Shown here: piece after piece, positions 12,897 through 25,471 of the stretch
Layout of the letters: each line of letters begins with the position of its first letter
Position numbering within the stretch: position 1 is the first letter of the stretch
NCBI GenBank assembly: GCA_013265495.1
Contig: MU058221.1
Span: forward strand, 3,286,001-3,350,000
DNA length: 64,000 nucleotides
Direction: 5' to 3'
Source: Vicugna vicugna
Lineage: Eukaryota
Position numbers and translations under genes: made by a program
Notes under the pieces: generated by a model
What the model was told of the DNA's origin: nothing
The model's database searches: none
Seen by the model: the letters and a program-made list of their open reading frames with translations, nothing else

Positions 12897-13964
12897 TCTT
12901 TAGAACCTTTTATTTGTGAAATATGCAGAGAAACAAAGAAAGGTGATGGCTCAGTTAAACAGATCAACTTTTTTCTCCTAATAAGGAAAATAATACTACT
13001 ACTCAGTAATACCTAATAATACTTGTGTCAAGAGTGTGCACTGCTGGGTCCCTCCTGGGGGGTGATGCTGCTAACTCTACCAGGGAGATAAAGTTTTGTG
13101 TTCTTCCCTTTGGTACCTGCCCTAACAATTACTGGAAAGCGAGCTCACTTGTTCTTGGAAACTTTTCTTTTTTCCCAAAACTCATCCATCTCACTCAGTA
13201 CCTTTGCCTTGAACATCACCCTGATGTTTCAGGTGCCCCAAGCTTCTCCAGCTGCCGCAAGACTGTGCCCCAGCTGGCCTGTCGTGTAAGTCCCTCAGAG
13301 CTGTCGGCTGAAGCAAGTTAGGTTTTATTCCTTTAACAAGCATTTCGGCGTTGGGAAGTGCTCTAAATGTGCTAGACTGGAAGTCACAGGGGCTTTTAAG
13401 GACGGAACTTGAGGCCCTTTTCTGGGTATGCCACGGAAAACGTTTGCAGTGCTGGAAGCGTCGCTCTGCGACCCTCAAGTACACGCCTAAAAGCCACCCA
13501 GGCTTCCTCTGGGAAGTGGCGCCACTGCCGACCGCCATGCTGTGTCCAGGTTCCCCTGATCACTTCTTAAAGTGCACCTCTCTCTCTCTAATCTGGTTGA
13601 CTCTTCACTATCTTCATTACCTCGCCATGTGAAAAGGAAAACTCCGACCAATGCCTAGGTGATCTGCTTATAGAATAAAAGAGTTCTCAGGAAGATGGAA
13701 AGTTTCTAAGGAGTCAAATTAAGGAAGAGTGTGTCTTCAGAGAGAGTCTTGCAGATGGAACACGGCCAGTTCCAAAGCTCTGCATTTACAGAAAGGATCG
13801 TGCACACAGAACAGTGGGTCACCGACTTCATCCAGGTGTATGTGAAAGAGCTTTGCCATCCTTAAAAATCAATCAGTTTGGTGAAAAATTACTCTGGGTG
13901 AAATACTTATTAGCCAATTGCTCTAAAACTGAAGACAGGCAGTGTGTATGACCAACAGGCACCA

Positions 13965-14140
13965 CACTAAATGCTTTGCATATATTAACTTATTTTATCT
14001 TGGCACTGATTTTATGAACTGGACGGCAGCATTTTGGTTCATTTTACATACGAGGAAATGTGTAAACAGGAAAGTTAAATACTTCGCCCAAAGTCACACA
14101 GCTGGAAACTGGGAAATGTAGTATTTTAATATAGGTAGTT
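13965..14140 (-). mobile_element. MIR SINE
   Basis: CATTTTACATACGAGGAAA...AAGTTAAATACTTCGCCCAAAGTCACACAGCT. Confidence 0.75.
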
Positions 14141-15099
14141 GAACGTGCTTTTTACAAATCAGTAGATTGTCCGAATTCTTTTTTAGGAATTTTAAGTTTT
14201 ATGCTTTTAAATGTACAGATAGAATCTATAATGCATCGAGTCTATTACATAATTAAATCAAAATAAATTCAAATCCTATGAGTTTCTTTAGGTTTGACTA
14301 AAATCAAATTAGTTATTTACATTTTTAGTAGGTTATCATATACATTAACATTTTTGATACATTAAATAAAAACATCACATTACATGCCTTTATACTGGCG
14401 TATCCACTGTCAAAGTGTCTTCCTAGCTACCAAATGATAGAATTATGAGAAAAATGGGCATCGTCAAAAGAGAATTCGAAGAAAGAGACAGATGGTACTT
14501 CTGTGTGCCTCACAGATACATAGCTGCCCATGGATTTGTCCATCTAAGGATCAGATCCTGGGGGAAGAGGCCAGGATTCCAGTGGAAAGATGAAAACCTA
14601 GAACCTAATTCCAAGGAAAGAATCCTAGATTAGACTCCAAAGTACAGGTTTGTTTTCAGAAGCTGCCATTTTCAGCTCCAGGATTCTTGCCAAAACAATT
14701 GAGCAACAGTGATCAACAAACAAAGTAACATCCAGCTAGGCGCAACTAATTTGTTACACTAACATGCAATTATCTATATTTACTGAGAAAGTAGGTATTC
14801 ACTTTATTCACTTCTGGTGCTTGCAATGGTGACACTTTGCTTAAACAGAAGTCAGTCATAAGCATGTCTAGCTGTCTAGAACAGTGAAAATTCTGACGGA
14901 GAAAAAGGCAGGGGGTGGGGGGGGCATAATCTTCCAAGCAGCCAAAAAGATGTCTACGTAATAAAACGCCACTGAAGATTTGGTAAGGCCTTTGATCAGA
15001 TTCAACTGAACCGCACCAGCATTAATAAAACGAGTTTCCTGCCCGTCTGTTACTGCGCTGAGTAAAATCAGCACAGTGCACTCGATCTCTACACAGCAG

Positions 15100-15260
15100 G
15101 AAAGGACAGGAAAGTGATTCTCCCACAGGGTCTCCAGAAAGAGAGGCAGACTGGCCAACACTTCAATTTTTCGTCCAGTGAGACCCAGTTCAGACTTCTG
15201 ATCTCCACTGTGAAGTAAGAAACTAGAGGTAATTTACAGCAGTGATAGGAAATTAATACA
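15100..15260 (+). mobile_element. MLT1 (MaLR) LTR 3' fragment
   Basis: CCAGTGAGACCC..CAGACTTCTGA..GGTAATTT..CAGCAG..ATAGGAAATTAATACA terminus. Confidence 0.7.
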
Positions 15261-15344
15261 CATTATTTGGCTCATGAAAACTTCAGCCTGGGGACTTGAT
15301 GAAGGACCTTCCAGAAGACAGAAGCAGCCACCACTTGGAGCTTG

Positions 15345-15905
15345 ACTGTTGGGCCATTTATTATCCTGTGTGTGCTCAGACCCAGTCCTCACCCTCTCTC
15401 GGCGTCCTCCAGTGGGTCAAAGGCGGGTACCTTCCCCCCTTGCGTGTTTGATTCCCCAGTTCCTGCGTGAGCCAGCTTCCTGCTGAGTTCAGCCCGTGAG
15501 GGAGCGGCGAGAGCTGGCTAGTGAGAGAGAAGCAGGGCATCTCTGCCCACCTCTTTCTGCCTTGGCTGGTATCTCTGCAGCTGATTTCAGCTCTTATCTG
15601 TGTTTCAGGCACGACTCCAGGGGGATGCTTGGCTGGCAGCCTGGTCCATCCTTTCTGCGTCCCATTTTGCACTGTATGTCCCCAGCCTCGGTTTCAGTCC
15701 CCGATAGATGGCCTCGGGTCCTTAGCTCCAGAAACACATTCTCTCTCCCGTCCTTCAGTCTTTTCAGCTGCTGCTGGTCACTGAGGAAGCTCACTGCCAC
15801 CAGACAGGCTTCTCAGCTATTCCTCAGGTAACCGAAGTCTTTGATTAAATTCACTCTGAAATATTTAGAGAGCTTTTGTTTTCAAACTGGGAAACTGTGA
15901 TGGAT
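15345..15905 (+). mobile_element. LTR33-like ERVL LTR
   Basis: CCAGCTTCCTGCTGAGTTCAGCC..., GGCTTCTCAGCT..., ATTAAATTCACTCTGAAATATTTAGAG resemble the LTR33 consensus. Confidence 0.6.
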
Positions 15906-17602
15906 TAGAAGTTTTTAAGCCAGAAGACATTTCTTATGTAAGGTTCTTAGGAAGATTCTCTTTTGGATGACTGTCAGAAGATCCATGGGTGGAAGAAAAC
16001 AAATCAGGGAGCCACGTCCTGTTATAACACAATAAAGATGAAATGGTGCTGCGGGCCTCACTCACTGTGGCCGTGACAACAGCTCCAACAGCGGCGAAAG
16101 CATCGCAGGAGCAGCAAGTGACTATTAAACGGAGGTTCTGTGTTCGGCCTTTGTTATCAGAACCAGCTGTACCTGAGTGAGGCGTCTGCCACTTGGCAGC
16201 TGTGACACTTGGATAAGCCACTGCCCTGCTCTGTCTTGGCCGCTGCATCTGCAATGTGAGGGTGATAATATATATCTTCTTGACTTGGGGAGGATGTTAA
16301 ATAAGAGATAAAGAAAATGTTCATAATTTGGCAATTAATGGTGGCAATAAGGCGGACCTCTTATACTGAACTCAAGTATCAGTAAAGAAAGATTCTGCCT
16401 TTCTTAAAGAAGAACATTCATTAAAAAAAAGCAAAACTGAGGTCCTCTAACATTTGTCCAGGGTTTACCATCTTACAGCTCTTTTTACTTCTGATCCTAA
16501 GGCACTGCTTGCCGAGCCTATGAAACTCCAAGCAGTGCCCTTCCTAGCTCTCGCGCTGCCCTGCTCCATCTGCCTGACGGATTTCACTTTGCAAATCCGG
16601 ACTCGAGACTCCTCAGGCCACCTGTCACCGCACACGGGACCCTAAGCTCTGCCTACCTGGCTGGACGCTTTCCAGCGATTTGCTGCTGGGCTGCTCCCAT
16701 CCCAGGGGGACCCTTCTTGCCTCATTTAACCCTTCTGGGCCGAGCTAGCGAAGAAGGCGCGCCATAGGAGCCACTTTGCATAGTATTTGCTAGCGCTCTT
16801 ATGAGCTTGAGGACAATGATCACATGCTGCTTTTAGCATAAGAAGGAAGGCGCTCCACCACAACGCTGGAGACCACTGAGCAAACTGCTCAGTGGTCTCC
16901 CTCCAGGAAACGATGACCAAAGCCATTTTCTGAGAATGAGAATTGTCAATCATCAGATCGTTAACCTTTCCAACATCAACGTGTCCCCCAGATCCAATTT
17001 GGCTAAATGACGGCCGGGGGTAGCAGTTAAGGGAACGTCTCTCACAGATGAGCGTGTGAATGGTTTAGTCAGTTCCAAGCGCACTATGAAGGATTTGGGT
17101 GAGAGCTCATCTCACATGTTAAGAAACCAAGACACCTAAAAGAATCATCTCACAGCAAGAAAGTGGGAACTGGACAGACGAAAGGTAGCCCGCCTTCTCA
17201 TCTTTCATGTTTCCTTCTTCCCCGTTTCACTGTATCTCGGATTTTCCTTCCCTACTTCCTTTTACGAACCAGCTTGCATGTAAGCAGAGGAAGACAGGAC
17301 TACCGCGCGTGTATGTGTGTGGGTGCGTGTGTGTGCACACATGCGTGTGTGTGTGCATCCTGAAGCCCACTCCTGTGATGCGCATCTCTGCTGGTCTGCA
17401 TGGAGGCCATCTGTCTCTTCATGCCTCCTACGTGGAGGCAGGGACCACTTGTTTCCTTGCTCAGAAGTACATTTTACATCCTTTCCCCTCCTTGATCCAG
17501 CGCTTCACTGGTTCAGATCATATTAAAGTTCATGAGTTATAAGTTTAAGAAAGACTTAAACCAGCCACACTCACAGAAGGCAACGAGTGAAAAATGCGAT
17601 GA

Positions 17603-18195
17603 TGTTAGAGCAGGCAGAGAGGCAGACATGAGCGGCGAAAAGGGGGCATGGACCACATGGCAGGAACCTTGTGGACAACCGGGGTCCCTGGGCAAACAAA
17701 GAAAAGCAGGAACCCCCAGACTGATTAAGAAACCACACAGTTTGGATTGACACGTGTCCTGGAGGCAGACAGGGAAAGGCGGGAGAGGGCAAAACTCTCT
17801 GGTGTCCGAAGATAACCTTTTGCTCATCATGCTCTTATTACAATGAACTTAGCCTTGCAGATCAGAAGCACCCATCCTGCACGGACGCCATGACACTTCC
17901 AACGAAGCCTAAGTAAGGACAAAAATCGCTCCTCCCCTCAGGAAGGTGGAGCTGGGATGAGAATCAGGAAACATGACTGCAAACCCCTCATTCCCCAGTG
18001 GACGTCCCGCCTACTCATTTAACATCCTGTGTAACCAGAGAGCCAAAAACCCAGCGCAGCTACTCACCTGAGTCTGCTCTCTCTCCCCTTGGGAGTGTGC
18101 GACCACTGAATAAACCCTCGCTTTACTTTCTTGACCTCCCTGTCTTGTCTCTGAGTTCCTTCCGCAATGAGACAAGAACCTATTGTCCAGGAACA
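17603..18195 (+). mobile_element. Solo LTR, ERV1 class
   Basis: TGTT...AACA termini; 4-bp TSD ATGA/ATAA; AATAAA at 18109-18114 followed by a U5-like pyrimidine-rich tract. Confidence 0.85.
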
Positions 18196-19518
18196 ATAAG
18201 GTGACTAAAGACATACCACACAGTGTAGGTTCTCAAGTCTATACTGAAGGCTGTTAACATGCCTGCATGTTAGAGATTCCACATGAATCTAACAAGATTA
18301 TGAGCTTTCCTTGCTCTCAAGAAAGAGAAGTGGAATAAAAGAGAGCAAAGTGATCTTTTACAAGAAATAACTTGATTCAGACCGAATTGCATAATAGTGA
18401 GTCATTTACACACTTCTGCGTTTTAACTGGTACGAGTCATAAAACAATGACGGCATGCCTTAAACTATTCTTGACACTCTGTACATCTAATACGTTCACT
18501 GAGAATCTCTGCTCCAGGACCTAACGAACACAGAGACCTTGAGACCTGGGATCACTCAGCGAAGCTTCTGCGATCTGATATTTCAGGATTCAATCGTCAA
18601 AGCCTTTCGCTTTGTGAACACCATCCATCAACTCCCATTGCACCTGCCACGTCCGCATCGCTGATGGTAAGCTGCTTTTACGCAATGCCAGATCAGCCAG
18701 TCAGCTTCATCAAGCAGATGAAAGCATCTGTCACACCCAGCACTCCAAGCCAGGCGGACGAGATAACTTGCTGATTTTTCAAAACGCTGTGCTGGTGTCA
18801 TAAGGACGAAGGCACTGATTACGTCTTGGTCTAAATACCTCTTGACATAAGACTGCGTCCAGCCATGCTGGTGTGGAAACCATTCGTGTTTTTCGTCGAT
18901 CTCTTCCTAGTTTATACACTGTTGGCCTCCTGTGGGGATATGGGAATACCTGGGGTTCCTATTCTAGTTTTTCTTTAAAGTCCAACTTCAAAATGAATGC
19001 TCCTTACAAGAAAGTCATCACAGTCATACTGATCAAGATGCATATAACATATAAGCGACTGAAAATCCTTAGTAGGGAATCTGCTTGATGGAATTCAATA
19101 AATGCATGCATTTTTAACACCATGCCTCAGACACAGAGTGGAGGGGTATTCTGGAGGATTAACGGGTCTGCGTGGTGGCCCTGAAATCAACCATGCAGGC
19201 AGCAGCTGATCTCACCTACTCTCACCTACTCGCATAGGTGTATGCGATCTTGCTCATCATTCAGAAGCTTTTCCTCCTTTGAGCCTCTGCAAAACTTTTA
19301 ACTTCGCAGTGTGAGTAGACCTATGGAGAGGGGCAACAAAGAATGGCTTGGAAAAATTCTGTGACCTGCCAATGTCTGCACGAGTAGCTGGTGACCAAGC
19401 TTGGGACTGGAGTTCAGACACTGCAGACGCAGATTTGTGTTAATTATTTCCAACTTTCCATGTCACTTTGAGACAAAACTGGAACATAATCCTGCTCAGG
19501 TAGCTACACCCTTAAATT

Positions 19519-19641
19519 AGGTGGTCCTATGTCTCAGCTTGCCTGGAATGGTCCAACTTCTGTCACTGTGTAGTGTAATTATGAATGGCACCCCCTTTTC
19601 ACTCTCAGAAGTGTTTGGTTGTTCAAAGTATAGAATTACCT
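19519..19641. mobile_element. MER94-like hAT MITE
   Basis: TAATTATGAATGGCACCCCCTTTTCACTCTCAGAAGTGT matches the MER94 core as recalled. Confidence 0.65.
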
Positions 19642-20399
19642 TAACTTGGAGATTATAAGAAATTTGTTTTTGGGAAAGGAGGTCTCAGTTCCTTAGAAGA
19701 ATTCATAGCATAATAGTTTCATCAGACTTCACCTACTGCAAGACCTAGCTTCACTTACTCCTACAGTATTTGGCCTCAGATTCCCTTACGCACCCTGAGT
19801 GTTACACTTACTCCTTTGGACTGGGAGTGCACAGCTGGGATAACCTGACAGCTGTGCCTGGCCACGACCTTGTGTTCTGGCGTTGAAGTTCCAGTATCTT
19901 GCCTGCCTGTCTCTCCTGTCTTTGAACCTCTTCTCCTTCCCAAGGTTTGGATTTCCTTCCTGCATCTCAGCACCAATAGCATTATGAAGCCAGTGAGCGT
20001 GCTGTTCCATTTTTCTGAATCTTACAACGATGAGGAAAACCTCCAAATCCTCTGAAGTGCACTTACATTTTCTACAGGGATGCCATCAATTCTGAAGTTT
20101 CACCGTTCAGGATGATGGGGGAAACAGTCCATGAGATTGACCTTTCCATTGAGTTTCTACACCTAGTGAATACAGGGTTTTCTTCCCTAAATATTTGCAA
20201 TCAAAACGCTCCTAAAACATCCCCCGTTGTACCCCATCAGTCTAGTTTGTAACTAGGAAAGGAAACAATTATTAATGACCCCACCACTACACGCACTGCA
20301 CCTTTTTTTTTTGATCATCTTCGCCATTATCTGGAGGCTTCCCTCTCGGTTAATTTCAAGAGGAATTGGTTGCTAGAAAAGTAAGTCAATCTGTGGTAC

Positions 20400-20585
20400 C
20401 TGATGCTCTACTGCTTAAGTCCAAGCCATAGCTCCACTATTAACTAAGCAGTTCCTCTTTTCATATGTTACAGAATCTCGCTATGCCTCAGTTTCCTCAT
20501 CTGTAAAATGGAGATTATTATACTGTCTGAGTCATAGGGCTGTTGTGAGGATTTACTGAGTTACAACATATGTAGCGCACAGTGC
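20400..20585 (+). mobile_element. MIR SINE
   Basis: GCCTCAGTTTCCTCATCTGTAAAATGG core, then CATAGGGCTGTTGTGAGGATT. Confidence 0.9.
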
Positions 20586-21109
20586 ATGCTACCTATTATA
20601 ATATTACTAGTATTTAGTCCAGAAGTATCCACTTGGTTAAAAGTAGCTAACATTCTGTGATTTAACAATATCTTTGCTTCCAGGCGAAGTTCAGTACATG
20701 ACCAAACTTAACGTAGCATGACCCTGATTTTTGAAATAACCAACTTCTCTGCTTTCAGCAGTCACATGCTCCTGCTGCCTGCAGAGAAACAGATACAGCT
20801 GGAGGAGACGGGGTCAAAGGAGGGGAGGCTAGGTTTGCACTGTGGGAAAACTGGCCACTATTTGATGACTCTCTCTTATTGGAGAAACTGGACATACTGA
20901 GCAGGCTTGCATGGGTCTGGGGATTAAAACAAGAGAAGAGACTGTTTATTGCCAGAAGCAAAGCACCAAGATCATCAGAATGTGAGGAACCCAGGGAAGA
21001 ACAATTAGAGGGAAGGGCTCTAAGAGCTGGACGACTCTGCAGCCCAGGAGTACATGCAGCCCAGGAGTAGAAGTCAGAAGATAAAATCAAAATCTGAGCA
21101 CCTTTAAGG

Positions 21110-21345
21110 CCATTGGCAGCAACATGGATGGACCTGGAGATCATCATACTAAGTGAAGTCGGCCAGAGAGAAAGAAAAATGCCATATGATATCACTTATC
21201 TGTGGGATCCAAAAAAGAAAAAAAAAAAAGGGACACAAATGAACTTATCTACAAAATAGAAACAGACTCACAGACAGAGAACAAACTTACGGTTACCAGG
21301 GGGTACAGGGGTTGGGGAGGGGGTAAACTGGGAATTTGAAATCTG
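21110..21345 (+). mobile_element. Young L1 fragment (ORF2 end plus partial 3' UTR), no poly-A
   Basis: GCAGCAACATGGATGGACCTGGAGA...GGTTACCAGGGG collinear with 40990-41220. Confidence 0.85.
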
Positions 21346-21359
21346 CACCTCTTAGGGAG

Positions 21360-21500
21360 GCATGGGAACATTAGCTACCTTGACTGTGGTGGTGGTTTCA
21401 CTGGTGCACACAACTATCAAAGTTCAACACGTTGTACATTTGAAATATGTGTGGTTTACTGTATAGGAACCGTACTGCAATAATTGTGTTAAAAAAAAAA
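21360..21500 (+). mobile_element. Old L1M 3' end
   Basis: CTTGACTGTGGTGGTGGTTTCAC...TGTACATTTGAAATATGTG followed by poly-A. Confidence 0.7.
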
Positions 21501-22159
21501 GACACAGGGGATCCTGTATGGTAACCGACCATAGGAAGTAAAGTTATCTGCCATGGCAAACGGAGAATCATCAGGCAACTCTCTGTGTTTTAAAACACAG
21601 ATATTTTTCTGACGATTCACTCTGTTATCCTTTCTGCACGGGCTCTGCTTCTGTAGGGCTTCCAGCTGGCAGGTGGCTCTCAGTATCCACACTGCCCATT
21701 CCAGACTTACTTCTGATGATCTCGGGACTTAGCTCCCACTAACAATTCCATTGTTAAAATTATTCAGGGTTCCATATCTAACTTTCCTAGGAAGAGGACT
21801 GGATTGGATTGCCCCATTCATTGGTTGTCCCCAGGCTGGGAGTCACACCAGCTACAATGGCCAAAAGGTTGATCATTCCTGTATTAATATTCACAGGGTG
21901 TGTTGGAACAGGAGATTACAAAGAAAGGAAGAAGAATCGCGTTGGCAAACCAGCTCAGGTCATTTAGTTACCAACGTCAGTGACCTCCTTTCACTCTCTA
22001 TTCTTCTGAAGCTATTTAATAAGATTAATACCTTCAACCTCCTTTTCTACCTTGTCCTCCATTTCAAATTATTTATTCTTTTGCCTTCCAACCACGTGAA
22101 CAGTGACTTAGTTTGGATTAATTTCAAAGATTAAATATTAAAATAATTGGTAACAATGC

Positions 22160-22500
22160 ATTTTCTCAGTTTCTCCCTTGTCTTTCTGACAGTGTTCTTC
22201 TGTCTACTCTGCTGTCACTGTGCATTAAGGTGCATCTTACATGTTAACTTCAGACACTTCCATAGCTCTACCCCAGGCTTTGCCTTCTTGTGTCTAAAGC
22301 TGTTCTAAGAGCAACCACGTTCTCAGCTGCAACTGCTACATCTTTCCAGGTGACGCTTCCATCTCTACCCCAACCCCTAACTCTCACCTAAAATTCAAGC
22401 CAACTGCCCATTTATCCACAGGAAAATCCCACTTGACATATTCTCAATGCTTCTCAGACAATTCAACCTTGGTGAGTCAAAATCTGAGCATATTATTTTC
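22160..22500 (+). mobile_element. L2 LINE fragment
   Basis: TCCCACTTGACATATTCTCAATGCTTCTCAGACAATTCAAC..AAAATCTGAGC, an L2-like pattern. Confidence 0.55.
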
Positions 22501-24538
22501 AAGTATTCATCCTTATTTTTTATTGAATGCTGTGAAGAGACTGGGATCCTGAGTTCTTGAATCCTAAGACAGTTTCCCAAAGGTGGTGTCGACTCCCTTG
22601 ACGGCTGGTTTATGTAACAGTTAAACAGCACGGATTCTAGAGCCAAACGTTCATGTTTCTAATTTTACCTCTTCAACTTGTTGGATTCTCTCAGGAAGAA
22701 CATAACTTTGCACTTCCCAAACAGTCTCCTCACTGAAATTTGGATAATTATAGAAAGTACTTTATAGAGTTATTATGAGGATTGATCAAGATACAAGATG
22801 CAATCTGCTAAAGTTAGTATATAGCCTATGAATTCTTTCTGTGGGATTGATAAACAGGAAAGTGACACTGAGTCATACACGGTTTTTCCCAGTCTGCTTA
22901 TATTTTGCATTATTATGTAACAGTAGCTTAACGAAAAGTACAAGAATTCAAGTTTAAACAAATCCACTCCAATTCTTCCCCCCGAATCAACCTGGCTGTA
23001 GGTTTTGTCTTAGAAGTTCTTTAGTCTCATCGATCTTTTTACATTATTCCCTCGTCTTCATAAATCAGACTGCCTTTCCATTCACCCTCCTTCATCAAAC
23101 TACCGTCAGCTTTTTTAAAATATAAAATCCTTTATGTACTATGGCTATTTCTTTATTAGGAATTTAAAATGTCTTTTAATTTGTTCTTGGGTACTTATCA
23201 GGATAATTATAATGTTCGTTAATAGACTGGTTACAAAGGTTCAAAGGTTTTAAATGATCCACTCAATCTACATCATTTTTGTCTCATGAACTCTGGTTTA
23301 TTGATGTGCACAAGTTTGAAGAACATGGTGATGTTCAGACATGTGCACCCCTGCACATCTGAAGTGCTTAGAACAGGACTCGGCCTATAGGGTGTATTTT
23401 AGAACATTCCTGCTTCGATCACAGCCAGAATTTGAGTTCTAAAATACAATCTGTCTTCAACACTGGGATGGGTCATACTTTCCCTAAACAGATCCATGGT
23501 CTGAGCTATCTCAACAGGTTAAATATCCTTCTTGGCCTCTTTCTTCTTAGCTTTTCCCTCAAGTCTGAACAATCGAATGATAAGAGAAAACATTAAAGAA
23601 AGTCAGAAAACAGAAAGTACTGTAATTAAGGATTAGAATGCAGTGTCCCTGAGTCACCCATTCCATGCCCCTTTTAGCTAGACTCCAGTTCACACCACTC
23701 CAGCCCCCAAAGATACAGTTCTTTTGTCATTTCCTGAAAGCCAGCCGACTTTTACACACTATTTTTACGCACAAAGGAAAAAAGATCATAAAGTGTTAGC
23801 AAATGAGTGCCCCGTGCCACTCCTAGGTGTAGAACCATTTTTCCCTTCTCCTCCTGGAAGCTTCATACCAGCAAGATTGTCTTTTAAGTCCTTCCCCACT
23901 CCCAGAGCCATATTAGATTTTCTTTATCTACTTGAGACTCAGGAATGTAACGGGAAAGAGAAGGTTTCAATTTCTGAAATGATCCCTAATGAGGGGCTGG
24001 AACAGCTTTTGTTTTTATTAAAAATTCAAGGACTTTACCAGAAACCCTTCAGATTCATTGTATCTGCCCGAGTGTCTGCATCTAATACAGGCAAGGTTCT
24101 TCCTGGCGTCTTGATGCTCTGCCTTAGGTGGCTAGCACTGTCAGATCAGCATCTCTGGTCAGTGCCGGGTGCAGACCTCCACCTCCCTCCATTCTGTTTT
24201 AGCAAACGACAGCTCATCACTGCAGGAACTCAACCTCAAAATCTTCTCTTTATCTTCATCTCTTGCCTTTCTCTCAATCCCCATGCCTCATCAGTTGGCA
24301 AATCCATAGTTTCAATTCTGCAAAAATGCCTAAATCATCTCTTTTCCTCCCATTCTGTACTGTCTGCATTCAAAAATCCAGACATTTCTCACCTAAAAGA
24401 ATATTTTTGCTTCAAATCATCTCTTCTCCCTTTCATTCAAGAGTTAATCTTCAGTCCCCTTCCTAGAAACCAAATGAGAGTTACAATTCAAAGCATTTAC
24501 CCAATCACCATAGTCTCCTTATTAAAAATGTACAGTGG

Positions 24539-24539
<1 letters not shown>

Positions 24540-24574
<35 letters not shown>
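24540..24574. repeat. (TG)n microsatellite
   Basis: Direct reading. Confidence 0.95.
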
Positions 24575-24579
<5 letters not shown>

Positions 24580-24883
24580 CACAGACATATATATGTATGT
24601 ATATGGCGTTTATTAGGAATTTGCCCATGCAGTTATGGAGGCTGGGAAGTCCAAAATCTGCAGCGTGGCCAGCAGGCTGGAGACTCAGGGTTGCAAATGA
24701 TGTAGTTTCAGTCTGAAGGCAGTCTTCCTCAAGGAAGCCAGTCTTTTGTTCTACTCAGGCCTTCAACTGATTGGATGAGGCCCACCCACGTGACGGAGGG
24801 CAACCAGCTTTACCCTAAGTTCACTGATTTAAAGGTTAATCTTGACCAAAAACTCCCTCCAAGCTGATACATCAAATGCATCA
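24575..24883 (-). mobile_element. MLT2 (ERVL) LTR fragment
   Basis: TATGGAGGCTGGGAAGTCC...GGCCTTCAACTGATTGGATGAGGCCCACCCAC is characteristic of MLT2. Confidence 0.8.
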
Positions 24884-25357
24884 CCTCTCCTTTGCCTGCT
24901 ATATGCCCTCTGTTCTAGACACGCTGAACAACCTTTCTTCCTTTTTCTCTATTAATTTCAACATACATTTATTAAGTATCTACTTGGTGCCAGACACTGA
25001 GGAGAATAAAACAAGCTACCATCTTGACTCTTGTGTCTCTTTGCCTTTGTTCACACTTCCCTTTGCTTGGAATTCCTCCCATTTCTCCACACAAGATCAA
25101 AGCTGACAGGTACAATTTGGTCAACTACCAAAAATGTTCTCAAAATTTACTTCTTTCTTTGAATCTTCCTAAATCATTACCACATATACAACTCCTCTTC
25201 TTTCCAGTTGCACATTTGTGCCGTATGTTAATTATTAATTGTTGTTATTAGACTTACAAGTACTTTTGCTCATGTGTGCAGGTATATATGTGTGTATCTA
25301 TATATGTGATATGTGTCTATGTGATACATATGTGTGTAAGTATACAGCAGTTATATG

Positions 25358-25471
<114 letters not shown>

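Noticed and set aside
20067..20163. Minus-strand exon candidate with GTAAGT donor
   Set aside because: Weak acceptor, stops in all three frames, no other support.
23724..24716. Longest gap-free ORF (330 aa)
   Set aside because: Non-ATG start; runs through L2-like sequence, a (TG)n tract and an MLT2 LTR; no recognisable domain.
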